Positions 9,287-19,609 are shown, counted from the first letter of the stretch. The stretch: DNA of 64,000 bases from an uncultured Mycoplasmatota bacterium (GCA_900551455.1 URVV01000006.1:2055-66054); one strand, 5' to 3'. Translations and numbers: made by a program. Notes: generated from the sequence alone by a model not told the origin.

Positions 9287-9994
9287 TTACATTTCATCTT
9301 GTTCTTCTTCTAATTTAGTTGAAGATAATTTTTTATATTCATAATTTTTAATAGAATACTCTTTAATTAGATTGTCTAGTAATTTTTCAATTAAGTCATC
9401 TTTATCTTGGGTTATTTTTATGTTTAGAGTTATTACTTTTTCATTAACTTTATAACTAAGTTTTTCAATGTTATTTTCTTTCTTGATGAAGTTATTTATG
9501 AATGTGTTAATTTTATCAAGATCTTTTTCAGAAGTTATTTTAATAGAAAATGTTTCACTGGTATTTTTTCTTTCAGTTTGACAGTTAATTACTTCGTTTA
9601 CATATCTTAATACGATATTGGCAAATAAGACAAAGATTGTTGAAACGATGGCTTCTTTAATAAAGCCTCCAGCACATAGCATTCCTAAAGCGGCATCGCA
9701 CCATAAGGTAGCAGCAGTGGTTAATCCTCTTATAATGTTTTTTTCATTATCTTTAATAATTACTCCGGCACCGAAGAAGCCAATGCCAGTTACTACTTGA
9801 GCTGCTACTCGGGTAATATCAAAATCTTGATTATTAATTAGAAATGAAAAACTGACAAACATATAAGAACCAAGGGCTACTAGAATCATTGTTCTTAATC
9901 CTAAGGATCTTCTTCTTATTTGTCTTTCTATTCCTAAGACGAAGCTAAGTAGAAAACATAAAAGCATTCCTAGTATAAAGGTATTAAAATTCAT
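9287..9994 (-). CDS. mgtC: MgtC/SapB family membrane protein
   Basis: 235 aa; conserved MgtC N-terminal membrane domain (LGIERQ...RRSLGLRT...AAQVVTGIGFFGAGVI) plus C-terminal soluble domain. Confidence 0.75.
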   Translation of the reverse strand: MNFNTFILGMLLCFLLSFVLGIERQIRRRSLGLRTMILVALGSYMFVSFSFLINNQDFDITRVAAQVVTGIGFFGAGVIIKDNEKNIIRGLTTAATLWCDAALGMLCAGGFIKEAIVSTIFVLFANIVLRYVNEVINCQTERKNTSETFSIKITSEKDLDKINTFINNFIKKENNIEKLSYKVNEKVITLNIKITQDKDDLIEKLLDNLIKEYSIKNYEYKKLSSTKLEEEQDEM

Positions 9995-10147
9995 ATTGTT
10001 ACTTCCTTTCTATATTACTATAATTATTATATAATAAATTTTGAAATTTAACAAGATAACAGTTTATATTTGGATTATGGGCTAAATTAAGGAACAGATA
10101 ACCTTGAATTGAGTAAACTATAATAGATACGAAAAGGAGGTATCATT

Positions 10148-10369
10148 ATGTATTATTATGGAGGATACTCACAAGGCGGTAGTAGTTGTGGTTGCAGTGG
10201 AGCAAATTCTTATCAAAATAGTTATGCTTACCCATCTTACGGTGGATACGGATATGGTGGGTATGGATATGGCAGTGGATATGGATATGGTTCCGGAGCT
10301 GCTATTGTATTAGTTTTATTTATTCTATTGGTTATTATTATTGGAACTCGTACATTTGTAACAGCATAA
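10148..10369 (+). CDS. Gly/Tyr-rich low-complexity mini-protein with C-terminal hydrophobic helix
   Basis: 73 aa; (YGG/GYG) repeats, C-terminal AAIVLVLFILLVIIIG; RBS AAAGGAGG 7 nt upstream; own terminator. Confidence 0.5.
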   Translation: MYYYGGYSQGGSSCGCSGANSYQNSYAYPSYGGYGYGGYGYGSGYGYGSGAAIVLVLFILLVIIIGTRTFVTA

Positions 10370-10391
10370 ATTTAATAACTATATCTAATTT

Positions 10392-10417
10392 AAGGGAAGA
10401 ACTTCCCTTTTTTTTCA
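10392..10417 (+). terminator. Rho-independent terminator
   Basis: AAGGGAAG-aa-CTTCCCTT hairpin followed by TTTTTTTT. Confidence 0.75.
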
Positions 10418-10453
10418 TTTTGTGATAGAATACTTGCAAGAAGGAGTGATATT

Positions 10454-11002
10454 ATGCTTAAGACTTCTGATATATTAGATGAAAAGGATAAACATTTAAG
10501 AGCAAAGAATAAAGATGTTACTTTTCCATTATCAAATGATAAAAAGAAAATAATTGATGATATGTTGGAACATTTATATTATTCACAAATTGAAGAATAT
10601 GCGGATAAATATAATTTACGTCCAGGAATGGGATTGGCGGCGCCACAAATTGGAATTAATGAAAATTTCTTTGTGGTTTGTCACGAAGAATCGGAGAATA
10701 ATTTTAAAAATTATGTTTTGATTAATCCGAAAATGGTATCTCATTCTGAAGAGATGATTTATGTTTCTGAGGGAGAGGGCTGTCTTAGTGTTAATCGAGA
10801 GGTAGAAGGAATTGTTCCAAGGTATGCAAGAGTTACTTTTGTTGGACAGGATGTAGATGGTAATCCAATTAAATTACGTGCTAGAGAGGAATTATCTATT
10901 GCTTTTCAACACGAGTTGGATCATTTAAACGGAATTTTATTCTTTGATCATATTGATCCTAAGGATCCTTATAAAAATAAAGATTATATGCGTGAAATAT
11001 AA
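10454..11002 (+). CDS. def: Peptide deformylase
   Basis: GMGLAAPQIG, EGCLSV, QHELDHLNG motifs; 182 aa; extended -10 (TGTGATAGAAT) promoter upstream. Confidence 0.9.
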   Translation: MLKTSDILDEKDKHLRAKNKDVTFPLSNDKKKIIDDMLEHLYYSQIEEYADKYNLRPGMGLAAPQIGINENFFVVCHEESENNFKNYVLINPKMVSHSEEMIYVSEGEGCLSVNREVEGIVPRYARVTFVGQDVDGNPIKLRAREELSIAFQHELDHLNGILFFDHIDPKDPYKNKDYMREI

Positions 11003-11009
11003 TCTTTTT

Positions 11010-11579
11010 TTATTGGCAAATATTTTCTTTTAATTCTTTAGAGCCAAGATATACTTTTTTACTATTATTTATAGTACAAGTAAGTATTCTAAAGTTATTA
11101 TCGGGGTATTCATATAGAGTATAATTATTGTCTTTTTTTATAATATTCATTTTGTTTGTAAGATCTTCAGGGGTAATGGTTTTACTTAGAAGAAGTTTAC
11201 TTAGTTCTTCTTCGTTAATAGTTATTTTATTACTTCCTAGATAATATAGACTATATTCTGTATCTTGGTTAATATTAATTAGGCCTTTTAAATGGATTAG
11301 ATTATCATTATCTGAGATTACTTTTATGTTGATGTTATTTAGATCAATTGCTTGATTAGTAATATTAGGACAGTTATATTTAGTGAATTTACTTTTTATT
11401 ATTACTTTTTTATATCCAGGGCAGGTGTATACGTTATAGATAAGTCCTGTATATTGGTTATTGTCTTTTTTTAGATATAGAAAGGGAGTGTGTTTTAGGT
11501 AAATATGGGTAAAATCAAGTATTATTAGAAAGAAAATAATTAGAACAATTAAGATAATAATATTTGTGATTTTTTTCAT
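11010..11579 (-). CDS. Hypothetical membrane-anchored protein
   Basis: ORF 11010..11597; likely start MKKITNIIILIVLIIFFLIIL (signal anchor). Confidence 0.35.
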   Translation of the reverse strand: MKKITNIIILIVLIIFFLIILDFTHIYLKHTPFLYLKKDNNQYTGLIYNVYTCPGYKKVIIKSKFTKYNCPNITNQAIDLNNINIKVISDNDNLIHLKGLININQDTEYSLYYLGSNKITINEEELSKLLLSKTITPEDLTNKMNIIKKDNNYTLYEYPDNNFRILTCTINNSKKVYLGSKELKENICQ

Positions 11580-11704
11580 TTTATCACCTACTTTCATATA
11601 TATCGTAGCATCTTATAGAATAATTGTAAATAGTTTGTTTTTCTATTAGTTCTACTCACACTTTTAGTTGTTTTAAATATACTATTAATGAAAGGTTGTG
11701 AATT

Positions 11705-11890
11705 ATGTACCCTATTAGAAATAGAATGCCTATGCCTACGGGAGATCGTTTTATTGGGGGAGGATTTTTGGGACCATTTATTCTTGGGGGAATTACTGGT
11801 GGTTTATTAGCTCCATCATTTTATCCAAGACCATATCCTTATCCAGTAGTGCCTTATCCATACCCTTACCCATCATATCCAATTTATTAA
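11705..11890 (+). CDS. Pro/Tyr/Gly-rich low-complexity mini-protein (PYPYP repeats)
   Basis: 61 aa; GGGFLGPFILGGITGG then PYPYPVVPYPYPYPSYPIY; weak RBS AAAGG. Confidence 0.4.
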   Translation: MYPIRNRMPMPTGDRFIGGGFLGPFILGGITGGLLAPSFYPRPYPYPVVPYPYPYPSYPIY

Positions 11891-11952
11891 TTTTTTGGTT
11901 AATTTTCTAACACATTTTTTAAATATATGCTATAATTATATTAGGTGAAAAT

Positions 11953-12477
11953 ATGAAAAGTAGTTACATAATTGATTATATTAATGAAAATGAGTTTAGA
12001 AAAAAAGAGCGTGCCATAAAGAAATACAATATGTTAGCATATAAGAAACTATTATTTGATTATTATCCTAGTTTGAGAGAGGGTGTTTTTCAAGGAGTAG
12101 TTGTTTCTACGAATGATAAAGATCAGATTGATAAATATGAATTAACTCTTCCTACGGATAAGACTTTTACAATGGTACACGGCCCTATTACTTTACATTA
12201 TAGTGTTTATAAGAATCAAAAGACTGTTATGTTAGAAACTCTCACCCCAGAAGATATTTTAACTGAAGGTCATCAAAAAGAATTAACTACTTATAAAGGG
12301 GTTATGGTATCAAAGTCTCACAAAGATTTGGATATGTTTAAGATTAATCTTCTTAATAGTATGAATAAGAATGGATTCTTTAGTATTAAAGATTTACCTC
12401 TTTGGTTATATATTGTTTTAACTGTTGGTTTTATTGCTTTGGTAGCTTTAATAACGGCAAAGATTTTTATTGGATAG
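11953..12477 (+). CDS. Hypothetical tail-anchored protein
   Basis: 174 aa; C-terminal TM LWLYIVLTVGFIALVALITAKIFI. Confidence 0.4.
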   Translation: MKSSYIIDYINENEFRKKERAIKKYNMLAYKKLLFDYYPSLREGVFQGVVVSTNDKDQIDKYELTLPTDKTFTMVHGPITLHYSVYKNQKTVMLETLTPEDILTEGHQKELTTYKGVMVSKSHKDLDMFKINLLNSMNKNGFFSIKDLPLWLYIVLTVGFIALVALITAKIFIG

Positions 12478-12480
12478 TTT

Positions 12481-12512
12481 AAGAACTTTAAAAGTTCTTT
12501 TCTTTTTTTTAT
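12481..12512 (+). terminator. Rho-independent terminator
   Basis: AAGAACTTT-a-AAAGTTCTT hairpin followed by T-run. Confidence 0.7.
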
Positions 12513-12515
12513 TTT

Positions 12516-12526
12516 TGTGGTAGAAT
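12516..12526 (+). promoter_or_regulatory. Extended -10 promoter element (TGGTAGAAT)
   Basis: TGn-TAGAAT ~25 nt upstream of the RBS/ATG at 12552. Confidence 0.4.
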
Positions 12527-12551
12527 ATTCTGTCAAGAAAGAAGGAATTAT

Positions 12552-13167
12552 TATGTCATATGAAGATTATTGTGCTGCTTGTACTTATTTAAGTGAATGC
12601 GCTGATTATAATGGAACCTATTATTGCGATAGAAAGAATGAGAGAAGAATGGCGTGTGATGCGAAATGTTATAGTTTTTGTGAGGCTTATAGTAGAAGTA
12701 ATTATTCAAGAGAGAATATGTTTGAAAATTCTAGGGGGCATCAAAGTAGTGGTTGTTATTTAACAACAATGATGTGTGAAATATTAAATTATTCAGATAA
12801 TAATTATTATTTACAGACTTTAAGAAACTTTAGAGATAATGTTATGAAAAGAGATATGAAATATTTTCCTTTATTATATACTTATGATATGGTGGGGCCA
12901 ACTATTGCTAATAGATTAAGAAGTGATCCTAATAAGGAAGAAATAGCTAAGATGTTTTTTACTAATTATATTGAAAAGAGTGTTTTATCTATTGAAGAAG
13001 GAAAAATAAATACAGCAATTAATATTTATATGGCTATGACTTTAGCATTGGCTAATCATTATGATTATCCTTTACCTATTAATATTACAGAGATTGAAAA
13101 TGTTGATTTTAGGACATTAGGACATGGCTATGTTAGACAAAGAAAAAAACCAGTTGTTAATCAATAA
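12552..13167 (+). CDS. Cys-rich hypothetical protein (12 Cys in first 90 aa)
   Basis: Start moved to ATG 12552 (MSYEDYCAACTYL), which follows RBS AAGGAA and lies downstream of the promoter/terminator; the longer track ORF start at 12517 would sit inside the promoter. Confidence 0.45.
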
Positions 13168-13175
13168 CTGGTTTT

Positions 13176-14504
13176 TTATAGTTTATTAACTAAATCTTTA
13201 AATTGTTTTCCACGGTCAGCAAAGTTTTTAAACATATCAAATGAGGCTGAAGCAGGACTAAATAGAACTATTTCTTTAGGTATTGATACTTGATGGGCGA
13301 TTGAGACGACTTCTTCTAGAGTATTGCAGATATAGATATCAAGAGATTCTTCTTTTTTCTTATTGATTACGGCTTGGTATATTTTATCTTTGGTATTTCC
13401 AAATAAGATTAGTTTACTTACTTTCTTTAGGATGGGTTCTGCTAGTGGGGTATAATCTAGATTTTTATCATAACCGCCAGCTATTAATACGATCTTTTCT
13501 TTAAAGGAATTAAGGCCGGCAATAGTTCTGGTTGGGCTTGATGATACGGAATCGTTATACCATTTAACACCATTTATTTCTCTTACAAATTCAATGCGGT
13601 GCTCTACTCCCTTAAAATCAGTAATAGCTTTGACGGATGTATCAAGATCTATCATATCATAGATGGCACTAAGGCAGGCACAAATGTTTTCGTAATTGTG
13701 AAGGCCTTTTATCTGTAGTTGTGAGGTATCTATAATTAGTTTTCCTTGAAAGTAGATATTGTTTTCGTGGATGTAAAAGGCATTTGTTTTGGTTTCTTTA
13801 CTGAAATATCTTATTTCTCTTGAGGAAGTTATTTTATTAGTTACTTCGTTGTCATAATTTAATACTAAGATGCCATCATTGTTTCTAAAAATATTTTCTT
13901 TGGCTTTAATATATTCTTCATAGTCTTTATGTTTATCTAAATGATTAGGACTGATATTAGTGATAACGGCTATTTCTGGACTTGTTTTCATATCCATTAG
14001 TTGAAATGAAGATAATTCTAAGACAACAATATCGTCTTCTTTCATATTTTCTATTTGGGTAAATAATGGAGTTCCAATGTTACCTCCAAGATAAGTATTG
14101 TAGCCGTTAGCTTTTAAAACAAGGTTGATTAAGGTAGTTGTTGTTGTTTTTCCATCAGAACCGGTTATGCCAATTACTTTACTTGGAGTTAATCTCACTA
14201 CTTCGGCGACTTCTGTTGTAACGTAAGCTCCTCTTGAAATTTCTTCCTGAAGCTCTTCCCTACTTGGTAAACATCCAGGAGAACGAAAGATTATATCAAA
14301 TCCTTTTAATTCTTTAAGTCCATAATGGATAGGATAATTGTATTTACTAATATCTATTTCTAATTTATTGTCTTGAAAGATTGTTACATCACACGATAGG
14401 TTATATAGGTATTCAAGTAAAGGGAGATTACTGACGCCAAGACCAATTATAGCAATTTTACTTGTAGTTAGTTTTTCTTTAAATTCTTGAAATTTTTTAT
14501 TCAC
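13176..14504 (-). CDS. murD: UDP-N-acetylmuramoyl-L-alanine--D-glutamate ligase
   Basis: Mur ligase P-loop GITGSDGKTTTT; 442 aa; 4-nt ATGA overlap with upstream gene. Confidence 0.85.
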   Translation of the reverse strand: MNKKFQEFKEKLTTSKIAIIGLGVSNLPLLEYLYNLSCDVTIFQDNKLEIDISKYNYPIHYGLKELKGFDIIFRSPGCLPSREELQEEISRGAYVTTEVAEVVRLTPSKVIGITGSDGKTTTTTLINLVLKANGYNTYLGGNIGTPLFTQIENMKEDDIVVLELSSFQLMDMKTSPEIAVITNISPNHLDKHKDYEEYIKAKENIFRNNDGILVLNYDNEVTNKITSSREIRYFSKETKTNAFYIHENNIYFQGKLIIDTSQLQIKGLHNYENICACLSAIYDMIDLDTSVKAITDFKGVEHRIEFVREINGVKWYNDSVSSSPTRTIAGLNSFKEKIVLIAGGYDKNLDYTPLAEPILKKVSKLILFGNTKDKIYQAVINKKKEESLDIYICNTLEEVVSIAHQVSIPKEIVLFSPASASFDMFKNFADRGKQFKDLVNKL

Positions 14505-15742
14505 TTTTTTTCCTCCATAAATTCTTTTGCAACATTAATTACAGCTATCTTACCATAATCATATGTAAGTGATCCTTGTAAATATGCTATATATGGAGTT
14601 CTTAGAGGGCCATCACAAGATAATTCAATTGATGAACCTTGGGTAAATGAACCTGAAGCCATTATTACTTGGTCTTTGTATCCAGGCATATCTGATGGTA
14701 CTGGACTAACATTAGAGTCTATTGCTGAACTACTTTGAATTATCTTACAGAAATCTATTAATTTATATTTGTTTCTAAATTCGATATTTTGAACAATATC
14801 TACCCTCTTGTCACAATATCTTGGAGAGACAGTGTATCCTAGTTTTTCCATAACATAACTCATTAGAGTAACAGTTTTGATGGCTGAGCTTACAACTAGA
14901 GGACTCATATATAATCCTAAGAGGAACATTCTGTTGGCATTGCCTGATGGACCAACTTCTTTTCCTTGGCCAGGAACATTTAATCTTTCGGCACATAATT
15001 CAATTAATTTTTTCTTACCACAGATGTATGCACCGTTTGTAGCTATGCCGGCACCTAAATTTTTAATAAGACTACCTACTACTAGATCGGCCCCAACTTC
15101 AGTTGGTTCTTTATAAGTTACAAATTCGCAGTAGCAATTATCTACCATAATAATTACTTCTTTATCTATTTTTCTAATATCAGTAATTATTTTTTTTAAC
15201 TTTTCTATGTCAATACTTTCTCTAGTAGAATAGCCTTTACTTCTTTGAATAGTAATTAGTTTTACTCTTTTACTAAGGAGGGATTTATAGATGGCTTCTT
15301 TATCAAAGTCGTTGTTTATTAGGTCTATTTGTTCATATTTAATACCATAGCTTATTAAACTACTGTCATTGTCTTCTATTCCTATTACTTTGTCTAGGGT
15401 ATCATATGGTTTTCCGGTAATTGATAGTAAAGTGTCACCAGGACGAAGCATTGCACTCATAGCAACAGTTAAGGCGTGCGTTCCGGAAATCAATTGGCTT
15501 CTTACTAGGGCATCTTCACATTTAAAGACGTCTTTATATACATCTTCAACAATGTCTCTTCCAATATCATTATACCCATAGCCAGTAGTACCGTTTAAGT
15601 GACTTTCGCTTACTTTATTGTTATGAAAGGCTTTTAATACTTTCATACTGTTGAAGAAACTTATTTTTTCTATTTCTTTATATTGTTCTTTTAATACTTC
15701 TTCGCAGTTGTATACGAATTCTATTACATTTTTTCTATCCAT
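14501..15742 (-). CDS. PLP-dependent methionine gamma-lyase-family protein (aluminium-resistance-protein-like, YnbB family)
   Basis: 413 aa; family-typical N-terminus (FNSMKVLKAFHNNKVSESHLNGTTGYGYND...SGTHAL) recognised from memory; a homology search is needed to confirm. Confidence 0.6.
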   Translation of the reverse strand: MDRKNVIEFVYNCEEVLKEQYKEIEKISFFNSMKVLKAFHNNKVSESHLNGTTGYGYNDIGRDIVEDVYKDVFKCEDALVRSQLISGTHALTVAMSAMLRPGDTLLSITGKPYDTLDKVIGIEDNDSSLISYGIKYEQIDLINNDFDKEAIYKSLLSKRVKLITIQRSKGYSTRESIDIEKLKKIITDIRKIDKEVIIMVDNCYCEFVTYKEPTEVGADLVVGSLIKNLGAGIATNGAYICGKKKLIELCAERLNVPGQGKEVGPSGNANRMFLLGLYMSPLVVSSAIKTVTLMSYVMEKLGYTVSPRYCDKRVDIVQNIEFRNKYKLIDFCKIIQSSSAIDSNVSPVPSDMPGYKDQVIMASGSFTQGSSIELSCDGPLRTPYIAYLQGSLTYDYGKIAVINVAKEFMEEKK

Positions 15743-16416
15743 AATTTATCATTCCTTACATCTATTCTTATTAATTTTTCTTTGATATTATTATTAATTA
15801 TATCGATAATTACATCTACTACTTCAGATATTTGTAGTAATCTACTTTGGTTAATTCTTTTTAGTTCATTAGATAGATATTCTTGGTTCATTTGTCTGGT
15901 ACTAGAGGTATCTATCCAGTTGGGACATAGACAATATATTTTATTTGTGGTATATGATTCAAGGGCTTTAGACATAAAAATTATACCATTTTTACTGATG
16001 GAATAATCTAGACTGTACTCGCTATAGGTATCTATTCCATCAGTACTACTCATATTGATAATTATACCATCATCTATATATCTTGAGTAGATTTGATTTA
16101 GGAGAAATGTTCCTACTAGATTGACTTCTAGTACATCCATAAATTCTTTTTTAGTTTTATTTAAGAAAGAGTTATCACAACTAATACTTTGGAGATTGAT
16201 TATAACATCTATCTTTTTATATAAGTCTATTCCATATTTTATAATTTCTTCAATAGATTTTTCGCTTGTTACATCACATTTATAACTATTTATTCCGGTA
16301 ATAGTTATGGGATTTTTATAGTAGCTTAAAATGACGTTATTGCCATTGTTTTTCAGTTTTTGTCCTAGGGAAATACCTATATCTGAACTTCCACCAATTA
16401 TTAATATGCTTTTCAT
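15724..16416 (-). CDS. Short-chain dehydrogenase/reductase (SDR)
   Basis: N-terminal Rossmann motif IIGGSSDIG; catalytic Y-x3-K (YSISK); 230 aa. Confidence 0.7.
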   Translation of the reverse strand: MKSILIIGGSSDIGISLGQKLKNNGNNVILSYYKNPITITGINSYKCDVTSEKSIEEIIKYGIDLYKKIDVIINLQSISCDNSFLNKTKKEFMDVLEVNLVGTFLLNQIYSRYIDDGIIINMSSTDGIDTYSEYSLDYSISKNGIIFMSKALESYTTNKIYCLCPNWIDTSSTRQMNQEYLSNELKRINQSRLLQISEVVDVIIDIINNNIKEKLIRIDVRNDKLWIEKM

Positions 16417-16556
16417 CTTTTCACCTATATATAATTATATCATTAATTGTTTTTTTTGACTATTATAATTAAGATTATTTAAGTAAAATACTTCCAAATG
16501 TAGATTTTCATTGACATATAGTTTGTAGTTATTAAAATTAATTATATATTTAATTT

Positions 16557-16817
16557 TTATTTAATTATTTCTGATACTTTATCAATGGAATCTCTGACGA
16601 CTTCTAACATATTTCTTATATCTGGATGTCCTTGTGTTGTGTGTTCTTTCCAATCGTTATTAAAGACATATGATCCATTGGTACATAGGGTTTGAGCTAC
16701 TAGCATTAGCCAGTTACCTAGAGCATTTTGTTCGGTACTGGTGAGGTTGTCTATTAGAACATATCCGAGGAGAAAGGCAGCAATAGTATATGTTTTTGAT
16801 TCTTCTTTTTTATTCAT
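16557..16817 (-). CDS. Hypothetical protein
   Basis: 86-aa ORF, no recognisable motif. Confidence 0.25.
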   Translation of the reverse strand: MNKKEESKTYTIAAFLLGYVLIDNLTSTEQNALGNWLMLVAQTLCTNGSYVFNNDWKEHTTQGHPDIRNMLEVVRDSIDKVSEIIK

Positions 16818-16844
16818 ACTTAAGTATATGAAAAAGAGATGAAA

Positions 16845-17396
16845 TTAATCATCTCTTAAAAATATATTACTTGCTAGTATTTTAGCTAATAGTGGTCTTT
16901 TCTTAATTCTGACTTTTTTATTTAGGTGTTTCTTTATTTCTTGTAAGACCTTTCGACGATTTGTTTCGTCGTCTTTATTTTCAGCTTTATAACGATATGT
17001 TTCCATAATGAAACTTTTATTGGTTATTCTTGCTTCCTTGAAGACGCCGATTTCTTTCAATGTTTGATTTAATAATTCTAGCATTTCTTTATCAGTTATT
17101 CTTTCTTCATAAACGGTTATTCCAAATGTTCTTTCGTCAATGATTGTTGGGTTATAATTGTAATAGTGTTGGGTATCATTTTCAGATTCTAAGGAATAGC
17201 CAGTAATATTGTTTATTACTTTATCAGATATGGGATTATCAAGTAAGAATTTATTGCTTACTAGGATCGGCCTTTGCTCATCTGACATATTTTCTAGGGT
17301 GTCGGCTAACCAATAGGCAATTAAATTGATATCACTTTTTTCTTCTACCGAGGGTAAATCCTCATCTTTTAAAGTAAAAGTATAAACCTTTTTCAT
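16845..17396 (-). CDS. Hypothetical protein
   Basis: 183-aa ORF, soluble, no recognisable motif. Confidence 0.3.
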   Translation of the reverse strand: MKKVYTFTLKDEDLPSVEEKSDINLIAYWLADTLENMSDEQRPILVSNKFLLDNPISDKVINNITGYSLESENDTQHYYNYNPTIIDERTFGITVYEERITDKEMLELLNQTLKEIGVFKEARITNKSFIMETYRYKAENKDDETNRRKVLQEIKKHLNKKVRIKKRPLLAKILASNIFLRDD

Positions 17397-17459
17397 TTTT
17401 TCATCTTCCTTTTTTCATAAGTACATATAATGTTACCACAAAAAATGTTTGTTGTCAAA

Positions 17460-19601
17460 TTAGTAAGGTTTTTTAAATTCGATAATTATTTTTTCATTTA
17501 TTTTTTCTTGGGGATTGATATTTTGCTTATAAGCATAACCATATCCTTTTAAATCATATTCAACATTCATTAAATCTAGAATACTTTTAGATTCTTTATA
17601 TGATAAGTTTGTAAAATCAATCATTGTTTTATCATAGTCGTTAGTAAGTAATACTAAGAGGTCTCCTTTATAAAGATTAACTCCTGATTCGGGATATTGT
17701 TTTATTATTTTATTACCAGTTCCTAGAGTTATTACTCTTATATTATTTTTTGTTAATTCTTGCTTTATATCTGTTACGGTTTTATTTAGATAGTTATCTA
17801 CTTGATACTTGTTATTTTCTTTGTTGGAATTATCAATATTTAAGTATTTAGAAACATTTACAATAATATCTTTTATTGGGCCTGCCATATAATTATAGCT
17901 ATCTTTGGGTTTTTTCATTGCAATATAGACAATTACTTCGGGGTTATCTCCAGGGTAGATTCCAGCAAAGGAATAAATATTTTTACCGTTTTCTGTTAAG
18001 TATTTACCATTTTCAAAGATTGAGGCGGTACCAGTTTTTCCTATTAAGTCATAGCCTTCCATATAATAGGCTGAACCTGTTCCTTCGGTGGAATCTTTAG
18101 TTACTACACTTCTTAATAATTCTTTCATTTTGTCGGTTGTTTCTTTGCTTACTACTTGTCCTAATTCGGTTCTTTTATTTTCTATGATTACTTTGCCGGT
18201 GCTATCTTCAATTTTAGATACGACATATGGTTTTAACATTACACCATCATTAGCAACAATAGAATATCCTTGTAATAATTGAATGGGACTTACAGTGATA
18301 CCTTGGCCATAACCGGCAGTGGCAGCTTCAACATCGTATGTAAATTGGATTGTTCCACTTAATTCATTATCTAGGGTTATACCAGTCTTTTTACCAAAAC
18401 CAAATTTGTCATAACAGGCTTTTAATTCTTTTTTGGTGATTACACCATCTAATAGGCTGGCAACACCAATATTTGATGATAGAGCAAATCCTTTATCATA
18501 GGTAATTTCTCCCCAACCGGTAATATTCCAGTCTTTAATAGTTGTTTTATCATTAGGGTTTATTTTTGATATATATGTTTTTGATCCAGATTTGAATTTG
18601 TCATTGCCATTATATTTACCACTGTCAATAGCGCACATATAACTAAATGTTTTCATAGTAGAACCTGGTTCATAAACGTTACTTACAAAGGGATCTAAGT
18701 AGTTTGTTAGGTTTCTTATATTAGGGTCAAAGGATGGGGTTGAAGAATATCCAAGAATAGCTCCAGTTTTGGCATCCATAACTCCTAGTACAACCCATTC
18801 GGCTTGACTGTCTGCTTGAGCTTTTTTGATGGCTTTTTCAACAAATAGTTGAATACTACTATCAATTGTTAAGTAGATGTTCTCACCGTTAATAGCTTCT
18901 TCTTTGTATTCGTTAGAATTTGCTATTTTATTACCACGGGCATCTTTTTCATATTTTATATATCCAGATTTTCCAGTTAATTCTTTATTATAATAACCTT
19001 CTATTCCTAATTCTCCGACCATATAACTATTTCCATCAATCTCTTTATTTCTGGTGTATCCTAGAAGATATGAAGCAAAATCTCCGTTTGGATAGTATCT
19101 TTTTGTACTTTTAATAAAGTCTATTCCTGGGAGGTTTAAGGCTTTTATTTCTTCCATTTTTATTTGACTTAATCCTTTACCAGCAGTACCAAATTCTACT
19201 TGATAGGCTTTTTTATTTAATCTTTCTAGGATTTTATCATATGGCATATTAATTACTTTTTCTAGGGCTCTGGCAGTACTTTCTTTGTCTTTAACGTGTC
19301 TAAGATTTTTTTCGGTACTTCTTGATTCGTCAAGGTATGCGATAAGGGTATAACTAGAAACATCTTGAGCTAGTGCGGTACCTTTTATGTCATAAATAGT
19401 TCCTCTATCAGGAAGAATTGTTTGTTCGTAGATGTTTCTGTTAGAGGTAAATTCTTTAATTGTTAGTTTGTCAGTTGCTTTATAGTTAAATAAGCATCTA
19501 TATATTAGAGTAAGAATAAGAGTAATAAACAAAAAAAAGACAGATAAATACACTAACTTATTTATCTTAAGTTTATTAGTATTTATTTTACTGTCTTTCA
19601 T
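17460..19601 (-). CDS. Class B penicillin-binding protein (PBP2B/SpoVD-like transpeptidase) with two C-terminal PASTA domains
   Basis: 713 aa; N-terminal TM; SxxK (STMK), SSN, KTG(T) motifs; PASTA-like C-terminus; follows ftsL. Confidence 0.85.
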   Translation of the reverse strand: MKDSKINTNKLKINKLVYLSVFFLFITLILTLIYRCLFNYKATDKLTIKEFTSNRNIYEQTILPDRGTIYDIKGTALAQDVSSYTLIAYLDESRSTEKNLRHVKDKESTARALEKVINMPYDKILERLNKKAYQVEFGTAGKGLSQIKMEEIKALNLPGIDFIKSTKRYYPNGDFASYLLGYTRNKEIDGNSYMVGELGIEGYYNKELTGKSGYIKYEKDARGNKIANSNEYKEEAINGENIYLTIDSSIQLFVEKAIKKAQADSQAEWVVLGVMDAKTGAILGYSSTPSFDPNIRNLTNYLDPFVSNVYEPGSTMKTFSYMCAIDSGKYNGNDKFKSGSKTYISKINPNDKTTIKDWNITGWGEITYDKGFALSSNIGVASLLDGVITKKELKACYDKFGFGKKTGITLDNELSGTIQFTYDVEAATAGYGQGITVSPIQLLQGYSIVANDGVMLKPYVVSKIEDSTGKVIIENKRTELGQVVSKETTDKMKELLRSVVTKDSTEGTGSAYYMEGYDLIGKTGTASIFENGKYLTENGKNIYSFAGIYPGDNPEVIVYIAMKKPKDSYNYMAGPIKDIIVNVSKYLNIDNSNKENNKYQVDNYLNKTVTDIKQELTKNNIRVITLGTGNKIIKQYPESGVNLYKGDLLVLLTNDYDKTMIDFTNLSYKESKSILDLMNVEYDLKGYGYAYKQNINPQEKINEKIIIEFKKPY

Positions 19602-19609
19602 ATTATCAC

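Noticed and set aside
9995-10147. Possible M-box (Mg) riboswitch upstream of mgtC
   Set aside because: The region is uniformly AT-rich. It lacks the conserved M-box core and any extended helices.
14811-15116. Track ORFs 14811..14996(-) and 14877..15116(+)
   Set aside because: Both are embedded in or antisense to the well-supported 413-aa PLP-enzyme gene. No RBS.
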